Origin: an uncultured Planctomycetia bacterium
GTDB lineage: Bacteria > Omnitrophota > Gorgyraeia > Duberdicusellales > 4484-171
NCBI GenBank assembly: GCA_964635565.1
Contig: CAZWON010000001.1
Span: 7,020 to 71,019, forward strand
Direction: 5' to 3'
DNA length: 64,000 nt
A program made the position numbers and the translations under genes. The number at the start of each line of letters is the position of its first letter. Positions within the stretch are counted from its first letter, which is position 1. The notes below the pieces were generated by a model. The model saw only the letters and a list, made by a program, of their open reading frames with translations. It did no database searches and was not told the origin of the DNA. Below, one piece after another: positions 18,883 through 27,688 of this stretch.

Positions 18883-20172
18883 ATGAGAGTTTTAGTAGTA
18901 GGGGGTGGCGGAAGAGAACATGCTCTTACATGGAAGATTAGACAGTCTCCTCTTGTAGAGGAAATTTGGTGTGCACCAGGTAATGGAGGTACAGCAAGTA
19001 TTGCGCAAAATATAGATATTAAACCTACAGATATCAAAAGTCTTTTGGATTTTACTTTAAGAGAACACATAGATTTAACTATAGTAGGTCCAGAGGCTCC
19101 TTTAGTTGAGGGGATTGTAGATAAATTTGAAGAGAAGAGTCTTAAAATATTTGGGCCTAAAAAAGATACTGCTCTTTTAGAGGGAAGTAAGGTATTTGCT
19201 AAGGAGATAATGAGAAAATTTAATATTCCTACTGCTAATTTTGAAGTTTTTAATAGTGCTTCTGTGGCAAAAGATTACCTTAGAAAAAAAGATATCCCTA
19301 TAGTTATTAAGGCTGATGGTTTAGCAGGAGGTAAAGGGGTAATTGTAGCAGAGTCAAAAAAGGAGGCAGAAAAAGCTGTAGATTTAATAATGGTAGAAAA
19401 GAAATTTGGTATTTCAGGAGAAAAAGTAGTTATTGAGGATTATCTTAAAGGGGAAGAAGCTTCTATATTAGCTTTTATAGATGGGGATTCGGTTGTCCCT
19501 TTAGTAAGTTCTCAAGACCATAAAGCGGTTTTTGACAACGATAGAGGTCCTAATACAGGAGGGATGGGTGCTTATGCTCCTGCTCCTGTAGTTACTGATA
19601 TAGTTTTTGAAAAGATAATGAAAAAGATTTTTTATCCTCTTGTTAATGGTTTAAAAAAAGAAGGATTGCTTTACAAGGGAATTCTTTATGCGGGCCTTAT
19701 GATTAAAGATAATCACCCTTATGTTTTAGAATTTAATGTGCGTTTTGGTGATCCTGAAATTCAGGCGATTCTTCCTAAATTAAGGACCGATTTAGTAGAG
19801 ATTATTCTGGCGACGGTTGATAGTAAATTAAAAAATGTGTGTTTAGAATGGGATGAAAGATTTTGTTTATGTGTGGTATTAGCTTCAGGAGGATATCCTC
19901 TTAGCTACACTAAAGGGAAAGAAATTTTAGGTTTGGAGAAGATAAACAATAAGGAAGATATTTTTGTTTTCCATGCAGGAACCAGAAGGATTAGTGAAAA
20001 GGGAAGAGAATATTTTGCTACCAATGGCGGGAGGGTTTTAAATATTGTAGGGTTAGGTCTTAATATAAAAGAGGCTCAAGAAAAAGTTTATAGAGCAATA
20101 AAGGATGTGTATTTTGATAATATGCATTACCGTAGAGATATTGGGAGTAAAGCATTGAATTTTTTATCTTAA
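18883..20172 (+). CDS. purD: Phosphoribosylamine-glycine ligase
   Basis: GGGGREH, KADGLAGGKGV, GPNTGGMGAY, EFNVRFGDPE. Confidence 0.97.
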   Translation: MRVLVVGGGGREHALTWKIRQSPLVEEIWCAPGNGGTASIAQNIDIKPTDIKSLLDFTLREHIDLTIVGPEAPLVEGIVDKFEEKSLKIFGPKKDTALLEGSKVFAKEIMRKFNIPTANFEVFNSASVAKDYLRKKDIPIVIKADGLAGGKGVIVAESKKEAEKAVDLIMVEKKFGISGEKVVIEDYLKGEEASILAFIDGDSVVPLVSSQDHKAVFDNDRGPNTGGMGAYAPAPVVTDIVFEKIMKKIFYPLVNGLKKEGLLYKGILYAGLMIKDNHPYVLEFNVRFGDPEIQAILPKLRTDLVEIILATVDSKLKNVCLEWDERFCLCVVLASGGYPLSYTKGKEILGLEKINNKEDIFVFHAGTRRISEKGREYFATNGGRVLNIVGLGLNIKEAQEKVYRAIKDVYFDNMHYRRDIGSKALNFLS

Positions 20173-20188
20173 ATTGTAAAATGTAGGA

Positions 20189-20653
20189 ATGAAAAAGCCA
20201 AAAAAAATTACGATTATCTTAGGAAGCAAATCAGACCAAGAAAAACTAAAAGATGGCTTTTCTCTTTTAAAGGTGTTGGATATCCCCTATGATTACCATA
20301 TTATTTCTGCCCACAGAACTCCTGAGAAATTACGACGTTTATGTAAACGAATAGAAAAGAAAGGTGTTGAGGTAGTAATTGCCTGTGCAGGGTTAAGTGC
20401 AGTTCTACCAAGTTTTGTTGCTTCCTATGTAGATATTCCTGTGATTGGTGTACCCCTTAGGGGTAAGGAATTTGAAGGTTTAGATAGTTTGCTTTCTATT
20501 ATTCAAGTCCCTAAGGGGTTAGGAGTTGTAAGTAGTGGTTTTGATGTAAGGGGATTTATAAATGCTATAATTTTTTCTTTAGAGATTCTTTCTCTTAAGG
20601 ATTTTACCTATAAGAAGAAACTTCAACAACTTAAAAATAAATTTAGAAAATGA
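20189..20653 (+). CDS. purE: AIR carboxylase / N5-CAIR mutase (divergent)
   Basis: GSKSD, SAHRTP, PVIGVP, GLDSLLSI. Confidence 0.9.
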   Translation: MKKPKKITIILGSKSDQEKLKDGFSLLKVLDIPYDYHIISAHRTPEKLRRLCKRIEKKGVEVVIACAGLSAVLPSFVASYVDIPVIGVPLRGKEFEGLDSLLSIIQVPKGLGVVSSGFDVRGFINAIIFSLEILSLKDFTYKKKLQQLKNKFRK

Positions 20654-21717
20654 AAAAAGTAGTATTAAGTGGAACCAATCCTGATATTTCTGTGGTTAAA
20701 CAGGCAGTTGATATTCTTAAAAAAGGTGGTATTGTTGCTTTACCTACGGAGACAGTCTATGGTTTGGGTGTAATATCTAACAATAAAGATGCGGTTAAAA
20801 GACTGTTTGAAGTAAAGAAAAGACCCAAAGATAAGCCCTTTACTTTGTGTTTTCCTGATAGAGAAAGAGCAACATCTTTTTTAAGTATTATGCCTCCTTT
20901 TGCTTATAGGATGATGGAGGTTTTTTGGCCCGGACCTCTTACTATAATTTTTTATAGTAAAGATTCAGAAAAAATAGGAGTAAGAGTCCCTTCTAATCCT
21001 ATTATCCAGATGATTCTTCAGGAACTGAATATCCCTGTGTGTTTACCATCCGCTAACATTAGCGGCCAAAAAGATGCGGTTACCGCGGAGGAAGTAGCAG
21101 ATATCTTTGATGATAATATAGATTTAATAGTTGATGGAGGAAGTGCTTCTTTTTCTAAACCATCTACTGTCGTTGATATTACTTACCACCCTTTTAAAGT
21201 CCTAAGGGAAGGGGTTATTCATATAAATGAATTGATGAAGATTTTTTTTAGAAAACGTATTATGTTCGTTTGCACAGGTAATACCTGCCGTTCGCCAATG
21301 GCAGAATATATCCTAAAGAATATCTTATCTAAGAGTAGTCCTTATGTTGTAAGGCGATATGAGATTATTTCTCGAGGTATAATTTTTTTAGATAATCAAC
21401 CAATAAGTAATGATACTTATAATATACTGAAAGAGAAAGAAAATATAGATGCAAGCAGTCATCGTTCTCAGAAGATAGACCGCGATGTTGTCTTATCCAG
21501 TGACCTTATTTTTGTGATGGAAGAAATACACCGCGAACATATTGTAAAGATAGAACCTACCTCAGAGCCAAGAATTTTCCCTTTAAAGAAATTTCTTCCT
21601 CCAAACTTAGAGAGAGATATACCTGATCCTATTGGAAAGTCTTATGATTTCTATGAAGAAGTCTATTCTCTTTTAAGGAAAGCTATTGAGGAATTATCGG
21701 AGTGGCTCCTTAATTAA
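20650..21717 (+). CDS. Fusion of threonylcarbamoyl-AMP synthase (TsaC/YrdC) and a LMW phosphatase (YwlE-like protein-arginine phosphatase)
   Basis: PTETVYGL, K-RP-DKP, WPGPLT, SANISG, PSTVVD; then VCTGNTCRSPMAE and DIPDPIG. Confidence 0.92.
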   Translation: MKKVVLSGTNPDISVVKQAVDILKKGGIVALPTETVYGLGVISNNKDAVKRLFEVKKRPKDKPFTLCFPDRERATSFLSIMPPFAYRMMEVFWPGPLTIIFYSKDSEKIGVRVPSNPIIQMILQELNIPVCLPSANISGQKDAVTAEEVADIFDDNIDLIVDGGSASFSKPSTVVDITYHPFKVLREGVIHINELMKIFFRKRIMFVCTGNTCRSPMAEYILKNILSKSSPYVVRRYEIISRGIIFLDNQPISNDTYNILKEKENIDASSHRSQKIDRDVVLSSDLIFVMEEIHREHIVKIEPTSEPRIFPLKKFLPPNLERDIPDPIGKSYDFYEEVYSLLRKAIEELSEWLLN

Positions 21718-21728
21718 GGAGGGTTTAA

Positions 21729-22178
21729 GTGCGGATTGCTGTTGCTAGTGACCATAGAGGATTTAGACTTAAGAATATTATCTCTGATTATCTTAGTAAT
21801 AAAGGAATTGAGATAGTTGACTGTGGAACATTTTCTTCTGAACCTTGTGATTACCCTGATTATATTTATCCTGCAGCGGTCTTAGTAAAAAAGAGAAAAG
21901 TAAACAGAGCAATTGTTGTTTGTTATACAGGTATAGGAAGTTGTATCGTAGCCAATAAAGTTAAAAGGATAAGAGCAGCATTAGTATTTAATATAAAGAC
22001 TGCTCTTTACTCCCGTCAGCATAATAATAGTAATGTATTAGTATTGCCTGCAGGGTTTATGAAAGCAGATTATGCAAAAAAAATAGTTATTCGCTGGCTT
22101 AGCGCAGGATTTGAAGGAGGAAGGCATGAAAGAAGGTTAAGGAAAGTTCAGAAAATAGAGGAGAGAGAAAATGTTTAG
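21729..22178 (+). CDS. rpiB: Ribose-5-phosphate isomerase B
   Basis: [34 protein letters not shown]. Confidence 0.95.
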   Translation: MRIAVASDHRGFRLKNIISDYLSNKGIEIVDCGTFSSEPCDYPDYIYPAAVLVKKRKVNRAIVVCYTGIGSCIVANKVKRIRAALVFNIKTALYSRQHNNSNVLVLPAGFMKADYAKKIVIRWLSAGFEGGRHERRLRKVQKIEERENV

Positions 22179-23421
22179 AGAATTAAAGAAGAAGGATCCC
22201 TTAGTTTATGAAAGTATTATTCAGGAGATAAGAAGACAGAGGGAGCAGATTGAACTTATTGCCAGTGAGAATTTCGCTCCCTTAGAAGTTTTAGAAGCAG
22301 CAGGCACCCCCCTTACCAATAAGTATGCTGAAGGATATCCTAAGGCGAGATGGTATGGAGGGTGTGGTTATGTAGATGAAGTGGAGGAGGTTGCAAGGGA
22401 GAGGGTGAAAAAGCTTTTTGGAGCCGAGCATGCTAATGTTCAGCCTCATTCGGGAACGCAGGCTAATATGGCAGTAATGATGGCAGTTTTAAGCCCTGGT
22501 GATACTGTTCTTGCTATGGATTTAGCATGTGGAGGTCATCTTTCTCATGGGCACCCTCTTAATTTTAGCGGGAAGTTTTATAACATTGTTGCTTATGGAG
22601 TAAGTAGAGATACAGAATGTTTGGATTACGAGGAGATAGAGAAATTAGCAATTATACATAAGCCCAAACTTATTATTGCAGGAGCAAGTGCTTATCCGCG
22701 TATCATTGATTTTAAAAGGTTTAGAGAAATAGCAGATAAAGTTAAAGCATATTTATTAGTGGATATGGCACATTTTGCAGGATTAGTAGGAGCAAAGATT
22801 TATCCTAATCCCATTCCTTTTGCTGAGTTTGTTACTTCTACTACCCATAAGACATTAAGAGGCCCGAGAGGAGGTTTTATTCTTTGTAGAAAAGAATTTG
22901 CTAAAAAAATTGATACTGCAGTTTTTCCTGGCACACAAGGGGGTCCTCTTATGCATATCATTGCTGCTAAAGCAGTAGCATTTGGTTTAGCTTTAAAACC
23001 CCAGTTTATAGAATATTCTAAGAATATAGTAGAAAATGCCCGTTATTTTTCCTTTTGTATGGAGAAGAGGGGATATCGTATTGTAAGTGGGGGCACAGAT
23101 ACCCATCTTTTTCTTGTGGATTTAAGATCTAAAGGTTTAACAGGTAAAAAAGCAGCATTGATTTTAGAGGAGGTGAATATTACAGTTAATAAAAATTTAA
23201 TTCCTTTTGATCCTAAGCCACCTATTGTCGCTAGTGGTATTCGTATTGGAACACCTGCTATTACTACGCGAGGGGTAAGAAAAGAAGGGATAGAAAAAAT
23301 AGCGGAATTTATCGATGGCGCTCTTAGAGAAAAAGATAACCCACAAGTTATAGGAATGCTTAAAGAGAAGGTTATAGATTTTATTGGAGAGTATCCTCTT
23401 TATACTGAGATTGAAATTTAG
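22171..23421 (+). CDS. glyA: Serine hydroxymethyltransferase
   Basis: [33 protein letters not shown]. Confidence 0.98.
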   Translation: MFRELKKKDPLVYESIIQEIRRQREQIELIASENFAPLEVLEAAGTPLTNKYAEGYPKARWYGGCGYVDEVEEVARERVKKLFGAEHANVQPHSGTQANMAVMMAVLSPGDTVLAMDLACGGHLSHGHPLNFSGKFYNIVAYGVSRDTECLDYEEIEKLAIIHKPKLIIAGASAYPRIIDFKRFREIADKVKAYLLVDMAHFAGLVGAKIYPNPIPFAEFVTSTTHKTLRGPRGGFILCRKEFAKKIDTAVFPGTQGGPLMHIIAAKAVAFGLALKPQFIEYSKNIVENARYFSFCMEKRGYRIVSGGTDTHLFLVDLRSKGLTGKKAALILEEVNITVNKNLIPFDPKPPIVASGIRIGTPAITTRGVRKEGIEKIAEFIDGALREKDNPQVIGMLKEKVIDFIGEYPLYTEIEI

Positions 23422-23492
23422 ATAATTTAATTATTGCAAAAGCAAACTTAGAGGTCACATTTTTAGTTTTTTATAATACTTTATGTGATATT

Positions 23493-23975
23493 ATGAAAAG
23501 GAGTAAGTTTTTAGAGATAGATAGAGAAACAAAGCGACCTAACTGGGATGAATATTTTATGGAGGTAGCGCATCTGGTTGCTAAACGTTCCACATGTTTA
23601 AGAAGAAAGGTAGGGGCTGTACTGGTGAAAGGAAAGAGAATTCTTGCTACAGGATACAATGGCGCTCCCAGCGGCATTGTGCACTGTAAGACTTCGGGAT
23701 GCTTAAGAGAGCAGCTTAAAGTGCCTTCAGGACAGAAACATGAGTTATGTAGAGGTTTACATGCGGAGCAGAATGTGATAATTCAAGCGGCATTATACGG
23801 GGTATCTGTGGAAGGCAGTACTTTATATATTACTAACGCTCCCTGCAGTATTTGTGCTAAAATGATTATTAATGGGGGGATAAAAGAAGTAGTTTTTGAA
23901 AACAGCTATCCTGATAAGATGGCAGAGGATTTTTTAAAACAGGCAAAGATTTTATTGAGAAAAATAAAAAGATGA
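23493..23975 (+). CDS. dCMP deaminase (ComEB-like)
   Basis: [26 protein letters not shown]. Confidence 0.92.
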   Translation: MKRSKFLEIDRETKRPNWDEYFMEVAHLVAKRSTCLRRKVGAVLVKGKRILATGYNGAPSGIVHCKTSGCLREQLKVPSGQKHELCRGLHAEQNVIIQAALYGVSVEGSTLYITNAPCSICAKMIINGGIKEVVFENSYPDKMAEDFLKQAKILLRKIKR

Positions 23976-24433
23976 AATGTCCTTACTGTAGTCATAATGA
24001 GGATAAAGTAGTTGATTCTCGAGAAACTCAAGACGGAGCTTCTATAAGAAGAAGAAGAGAATGTATTAACTGTGGTAGAAGATTTACTACTTATGAATAT
24101 ATAGAAAAGAACCCTCTTATGGTAGTTAAAAAAGACGGTCGGCGGGAGCCCTTTAATCGTGAAAAGATTATTGCAGGGCTTCTTAAAGCTTGTCAGAAAA
24201 GAAATATAAGTATAGAGAGAATAGAGAGATTAGTTACGGAGGTAGAAACAGTTATTCAGAAGAAGTTTGACCGAGAAGTAGAGTCTGGATATATAGGAGA
24301 GATAGTTATAGATAAGCTTGCTAAGATAGACGATGTAGCTTATGTTAGGTTTGCCTCAGTATATAGGCAATTTAAAGATGTAAATCAGTTTATGAGAGAG
24401 CTTAAGGATATCTTGCAGAGTAAAGTAAAATGA
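23972..24433 (+). CDS. nrdR: Transcriptional repressor NrdR
   Basis: CPYC, IRRRREC--C--RFTTYE, ATP cone, AYVRFASVY. Confidence 0.97.
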   Translation: MKCPYCSHNEDKVVDSRETQDGASIRRRRECINCGRRFTTYEYIEKNPLMVVKKDGRREPFNREKIIAGLLKACQKRNISIERIERLVTEVETVIQKKFDREVESGYIGEIVIDKLAKIDDVAYVRFASVYRQFKDVNQFMRELKDILQSKVK

Positions 24434-24831
24434 TAGAAGTAGAGTTATCTAGAATTATTATTGACGAGCAAAAACAGGAACAGATAATTATTCTTAAAGA
24501 AAAAAAAGGCAAGAAAATTCTTCCTATTGTTATTGGTTTAAATGAGGCTGCTGCTATAAGAATGCAGTTAAGCGGTTTTAAACCTCCCCGTCCTCTTACG
24601 CATGATTTATTAAAGTCTTTGGTTGAAGTGGCATCTTTTAATTTAGAGCGAGTAGTTATTGATAAGCTTATAGATAGTACATTCCATGCTAAGCTTCATT
24701 TTAGAACCTCCCACGGTGATATTAAAATAGTAGATGCCCGTCCTTCTGATAGCGTTGCTTTAGCAGTAAGGACGAAGTCACCAATTTTTGTACAGGAGGA
24801 AGTGTTTGAGAAACTTCTTATGAGTGATTAA
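24430..24831 (+). CDS. Bifunctional nuclease family protein (DUF151)
   Basis: [26 protein letters not shown]. Confidence 0.93.
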   Translation: MIEVELSRIIIDEQKQEQIIILKEKKGKKILPIVIGLNEAAAIRMQLSGFKPPRPLTHDLLKSLVEVASFNLERVVIDKLIDSTFHAKLHFRTSHGDIKIVDARPSDSVALAVRTKSPIFVQEEVFEKLLMSD

Positions 24832-25289
24832 TGAAGATTGGTATTGGGTCTGATACACACGATAATATTTCCAAAATAAAAGAGATGGTAGAGATTCTTA
24901 ACAGAGAGAAGGTGGGTTTATTTTTGCATGCAGGAGATTTCATTGCCCCTTTTTCTCTTTTACCTTTAGAAGAATTAAAATGCGAATGGTTTGGGGTTTT
25001 TGGCAATAATGATGGTGAGCAAGAGGGTTTATTAAATAAGTCAGGAGGCCGAATTAAATCTCCTCCTTATTTTTTGGAGTTATCTTCGAAAAGAATTGCT
25101 CTTATGCACGAACTTAAAGAGGTGAATTCTCAAATAGTAATTTATGGACATACCCATAATCCTAAGATTAATCGTGAAGGTGATAAAATATTTATAAATC
25201 CAGGAGAAGTCTGTGGTTGGCTTACGGGAAGGTCATCTCTTGCGATATTAGATTTAGATGATTTAAAGTCAGAAATTATATATTTTTAA
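24831..25289 (+). CDS. YfcE/MJ0936-family metallophosphoesterase
   Basis: SDTH, HAGD, GNND, GHTH, NPG. Confidence 0.92.
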   Translation: MKIGIGSDTHDNISKIKEMVEILNREKVGLFLHAGDFIAPFSLLPLEELKCEWFGVFGNNDGEQEGLLNKSGGRIKSPPYFLELSSKRIALMHELKEVNSQIVIYGHTHNPKINREGDKIFINPGEVCGWLTGRSSLAILDLDDLKSEIIYF

Positions 25290-25302
25290 ACCCGCCTTAT
25301 TT

Positions 25303-26748
25303 ATGAATCTGAGAAGAGCTTTAAAAAAAATTCCTTATTTAGGAACGCTTTGCAGATTATCTCGAAAGAGTAATATTAAAGTATGGCTGGTGGGGGGATT
25401 TTTACGTGATATCTTTTTAAAGAGAGATAGAGAATTTTTAGATTTTGATTTCTGTGTAGAGAAAAAAATTCTTTCCTTTGTCCATATCTTTAAAAGGTAT
25501 AGTAAAGCAAAGATAGTTGTTCTGGATGAGAAACAAAAGAGTTACCGTCTGGTAATAAAAAGAGATAAGAAAATATATACTTATGATTTTACACAATTAC
25601 GCGGTAAAAACTTAGAGGAAGATTTATCTCTTCGTGATTTTATTATGAATACTTTAGCTTTAGAGATAAATATCTTGCCCAGAATAGAGGTTATTGATTT
25701 GTTAGGAGCTCGCTTTGATTTATTTAGAAGGAGAATAAGGGTAGTTAATGAAAGAGTGATTAAAGACGACCCCTTAAGAATATTAAGGGCTTTTAGTTTC
25801 TCTGCTAATTATAATTTTAAGATAGAGAAAAGAACAGAAAAAATTTTAGCAAAATACAGAAAACTTTTAAAAAAAGTTTCAGGAGAAAGAATTAATGAAG
25901 AATTGTTTAAAATACTTTCTGTTCTTTATTCTTACCCCATTATAAAAAAAATGAGTGAATTGTTTATCCTTGATGAGATTATCCCTTACGTAAAAGAGCA
26001 GAGAAATGTTTTTCAGGGAGCTTATCACCATTTGGATGTATGGGGGCATTCTCTGGAGGCCCTTTTAAGATTCGAAATTTTGTTTAAAAAGAGGCTTTCT
26101 AAGGATAAAAGATTTATAGAATATCTTTATACTTCTCTTACTAGTAAACATAGGCTTATTGATATAATTAAATTAGCCTGTCTTTTGCATGATGTAGGGA
26201 AGCCATTTGCTAAGAGGGTAAAAAATAAAAAAACTATTTTTCATACTCATGAAAAAATTGGAGCTGAACTTATGGAAAAGATATACCAACGCCTAAAGTT
26301 ATCCTTTAAAGAGAAAGAGGTGTTGAAGCATCTTATTTTCTGGCATCTTCGGCCAGGTTATTTAGCTGACCAAGAGTATCCCTCAAAGAGAGCGGTTTAT
26401 CGTTTCTTCAGGGATGCAGGAGATGAAGGAGTAGCAGTTATTTTGCTCTCCTTGGCAGATTGGCGGGCTACCAGAGGTCCCTTAACCGATAGTAAAAAAA
26501 GAAGAAGACATGAAAGGATAATGTTGAAATTAATTGATTATTATTTTAAAGAGAAGCAAAAAAAACCTTTACCTAAACTGGTTGATGGATTTGATATCAT
26601 GCGAAAATTTAAATTAAAGCCTTCTCCTTTAATAGGAGAAATTTTAAAAAGGATAAAAGAAGAGCAGGCCTTAGGAAAGATAACTACTAAGCTCGATGCG
26701 TATAGTTTAGCCCAAGCGATTATAAAAAAGAGAGGGAGGTATAGATGA
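25303..26748 (+). CDS. Class II tRNA nucleotidyltransferase with HD domain (probably CC-adding type)
   Basis: VGG-LRD, DFD, EDL-LRDF--N, DDPLRILR, YHHLDV--H, LLHDVGK. Confidence 0.9.
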   Translation: MNLRRALKKIPYLGTLCRLSRKSNIKVWLVGGFLRDIFLKRDREFLDFDFCVEKKILSFVHIFKRYSKAKIVVLDEKQKSYRLVIKRDKKIYTYDFTQLRGKNLEEDLSLRDFIMNTLALEINILPRIEVIDLLGARFDLFRRRIRVVNERVIKDDPLRILRAFSFSANYNFKIEKRTEKILAKYRKLLKKVSGERINEELFKILSVLYSYPIIKKMSELFILDEIIPYVKEQRNVFQGAYHHLDVWGHSLEALLRFEILFKKRLSKDKRFIEYLYTSLTSKHRLIDIIKLACLLHDVGKPFAKRVKNKKTIFHTHEKIGAELMEKIYQRLKLSFKEKEVLKHLIFWHLRPGYLADQEYPSKRAVYRFFRDAGDEGVAVILLSLADWRATRGPLTDSKKRRRHERIMLKLIDYYFKEKQKKPLPKLVDGFDIMRKFKLKPSPLIGEILKRIKEEQALGKITTKLDAYSLAQAIIKKRGRYR

Positions 26749-27683
26749 AGATAAAAGGTTTAGAAATTCGTGTTATAAAAGGAGATATTACCCAGGCTGA
26801 TACTGAGGCAATTGTAAATCCTGCTAATACTTCTCTTAAAATGGGAGGAGGAGTTGCTTTAGCGATTAGGAAAAAAGGTACGGAGTTAATTGAAAAAGAA
26901 GCAGTACAGAAGGGACCTCTTTCTCTTGGTGAAGCAGTGTTAACTTCTGCAGGTAAACTTAAGGCTAGATATATTATTCATGCAGTAACTATGGGTTTAG
27001 ATTTTAAAACAAATGAAGAAATAATTCGTAAAGCCACTTATAGTGCTCTTTTATGTGCCCAGGAGCATAAAATCTCCTCATTAGCTTTTTGTGCTTTAGG
27101 ATGTGGTACAGGGAAATTTTCTTATGAAGCAACTGCTAAGATAATGGCGCAGGAAGTATTTCGTTATATTCAAAACATAAATAGTTTTTCCTTAAAGAAG
27201 ATAATATTTGTTCTTTATTCAGAAAAAGCTTTTTCTATTTTTAAGAATAATCTGGAGAGATATTTAGAGTATATGTTTAAGAAGACCTCCTGGGGGCCCT
27301 TTCTTACTGTTGATGGTATTGTAGAGTATAAAGGAGGTATTGTATTGATAGAAAGAAAAAATCCTCCTTTTGGGTGGGCGCTTCCTGGGGGATTTGTTGA
27401 TTACGGTGAGAGCGCTGAGAATGCAGTAATAAGGGAAATAAAAGAAGAGACCAACTTAAATTTTAAAGATATACTTCAATTTCATACCTATTCAGAACCT
27501 GACCGTGATGTTCGTTTTCACACTGTATCAATAGTATTTGTGGGCAAAGGAGAGGGTAGCCTTAAAGCTAGTGATGATGCTAAAGGAGCAGGCGTTTTTA
27601 AAAAACGCACATTGCCGGAAAGGATTGCTTTTGACCACAGAAGGATTATCGAGGAATATTTCGCAAAAAAATATCATATATAG
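26745..27683 (+). CDS. Macro domain-Nudix hydrolase fusion
   Basis: GDIT, IVNPAN, GGGV, IIHAV, G-G; Nudix box PGGFVDYGESAENAVIREIKEET; AFDH. Confidence 0.93.
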   Translation: MKIKGLEIRVIKGDITQADTEAIVNPANTSLKMGGGVALAIRKKGTELIEKEAVQKGPLSLGEAVLTSAGKLKARYIIHAVTMGLDFKTNEEIIRKATYSALLCAQEHKISSLAFCALGCGTGKFSYEATAKIMAQEVFRYIQNINSFSLKKIIFVLYSEKAFSIFKNNLERYLEYMFKKTSWGPFLTVDGIVEYKGGIVLIERKNPPFGWALPGGFVDYGESAENAVIREIKEETNLNFKDILQFHTYSEPDRDVRFHTVSIVFVGKGEGSLKASDDAKGAGVFKKRTLPERIAFDHRRIIEEYFAKKYHI

Positions 27684-27688
27684 TCCTA

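Noticed and set aside
23422-23492. NrdR box upstream of the dCMP deaminase-nrdR genes
   Set aside because: A TATAAT and a loose TCACAT..ATGTGA dyad are present, but nothing matches the 16-bp NrdR consensus.
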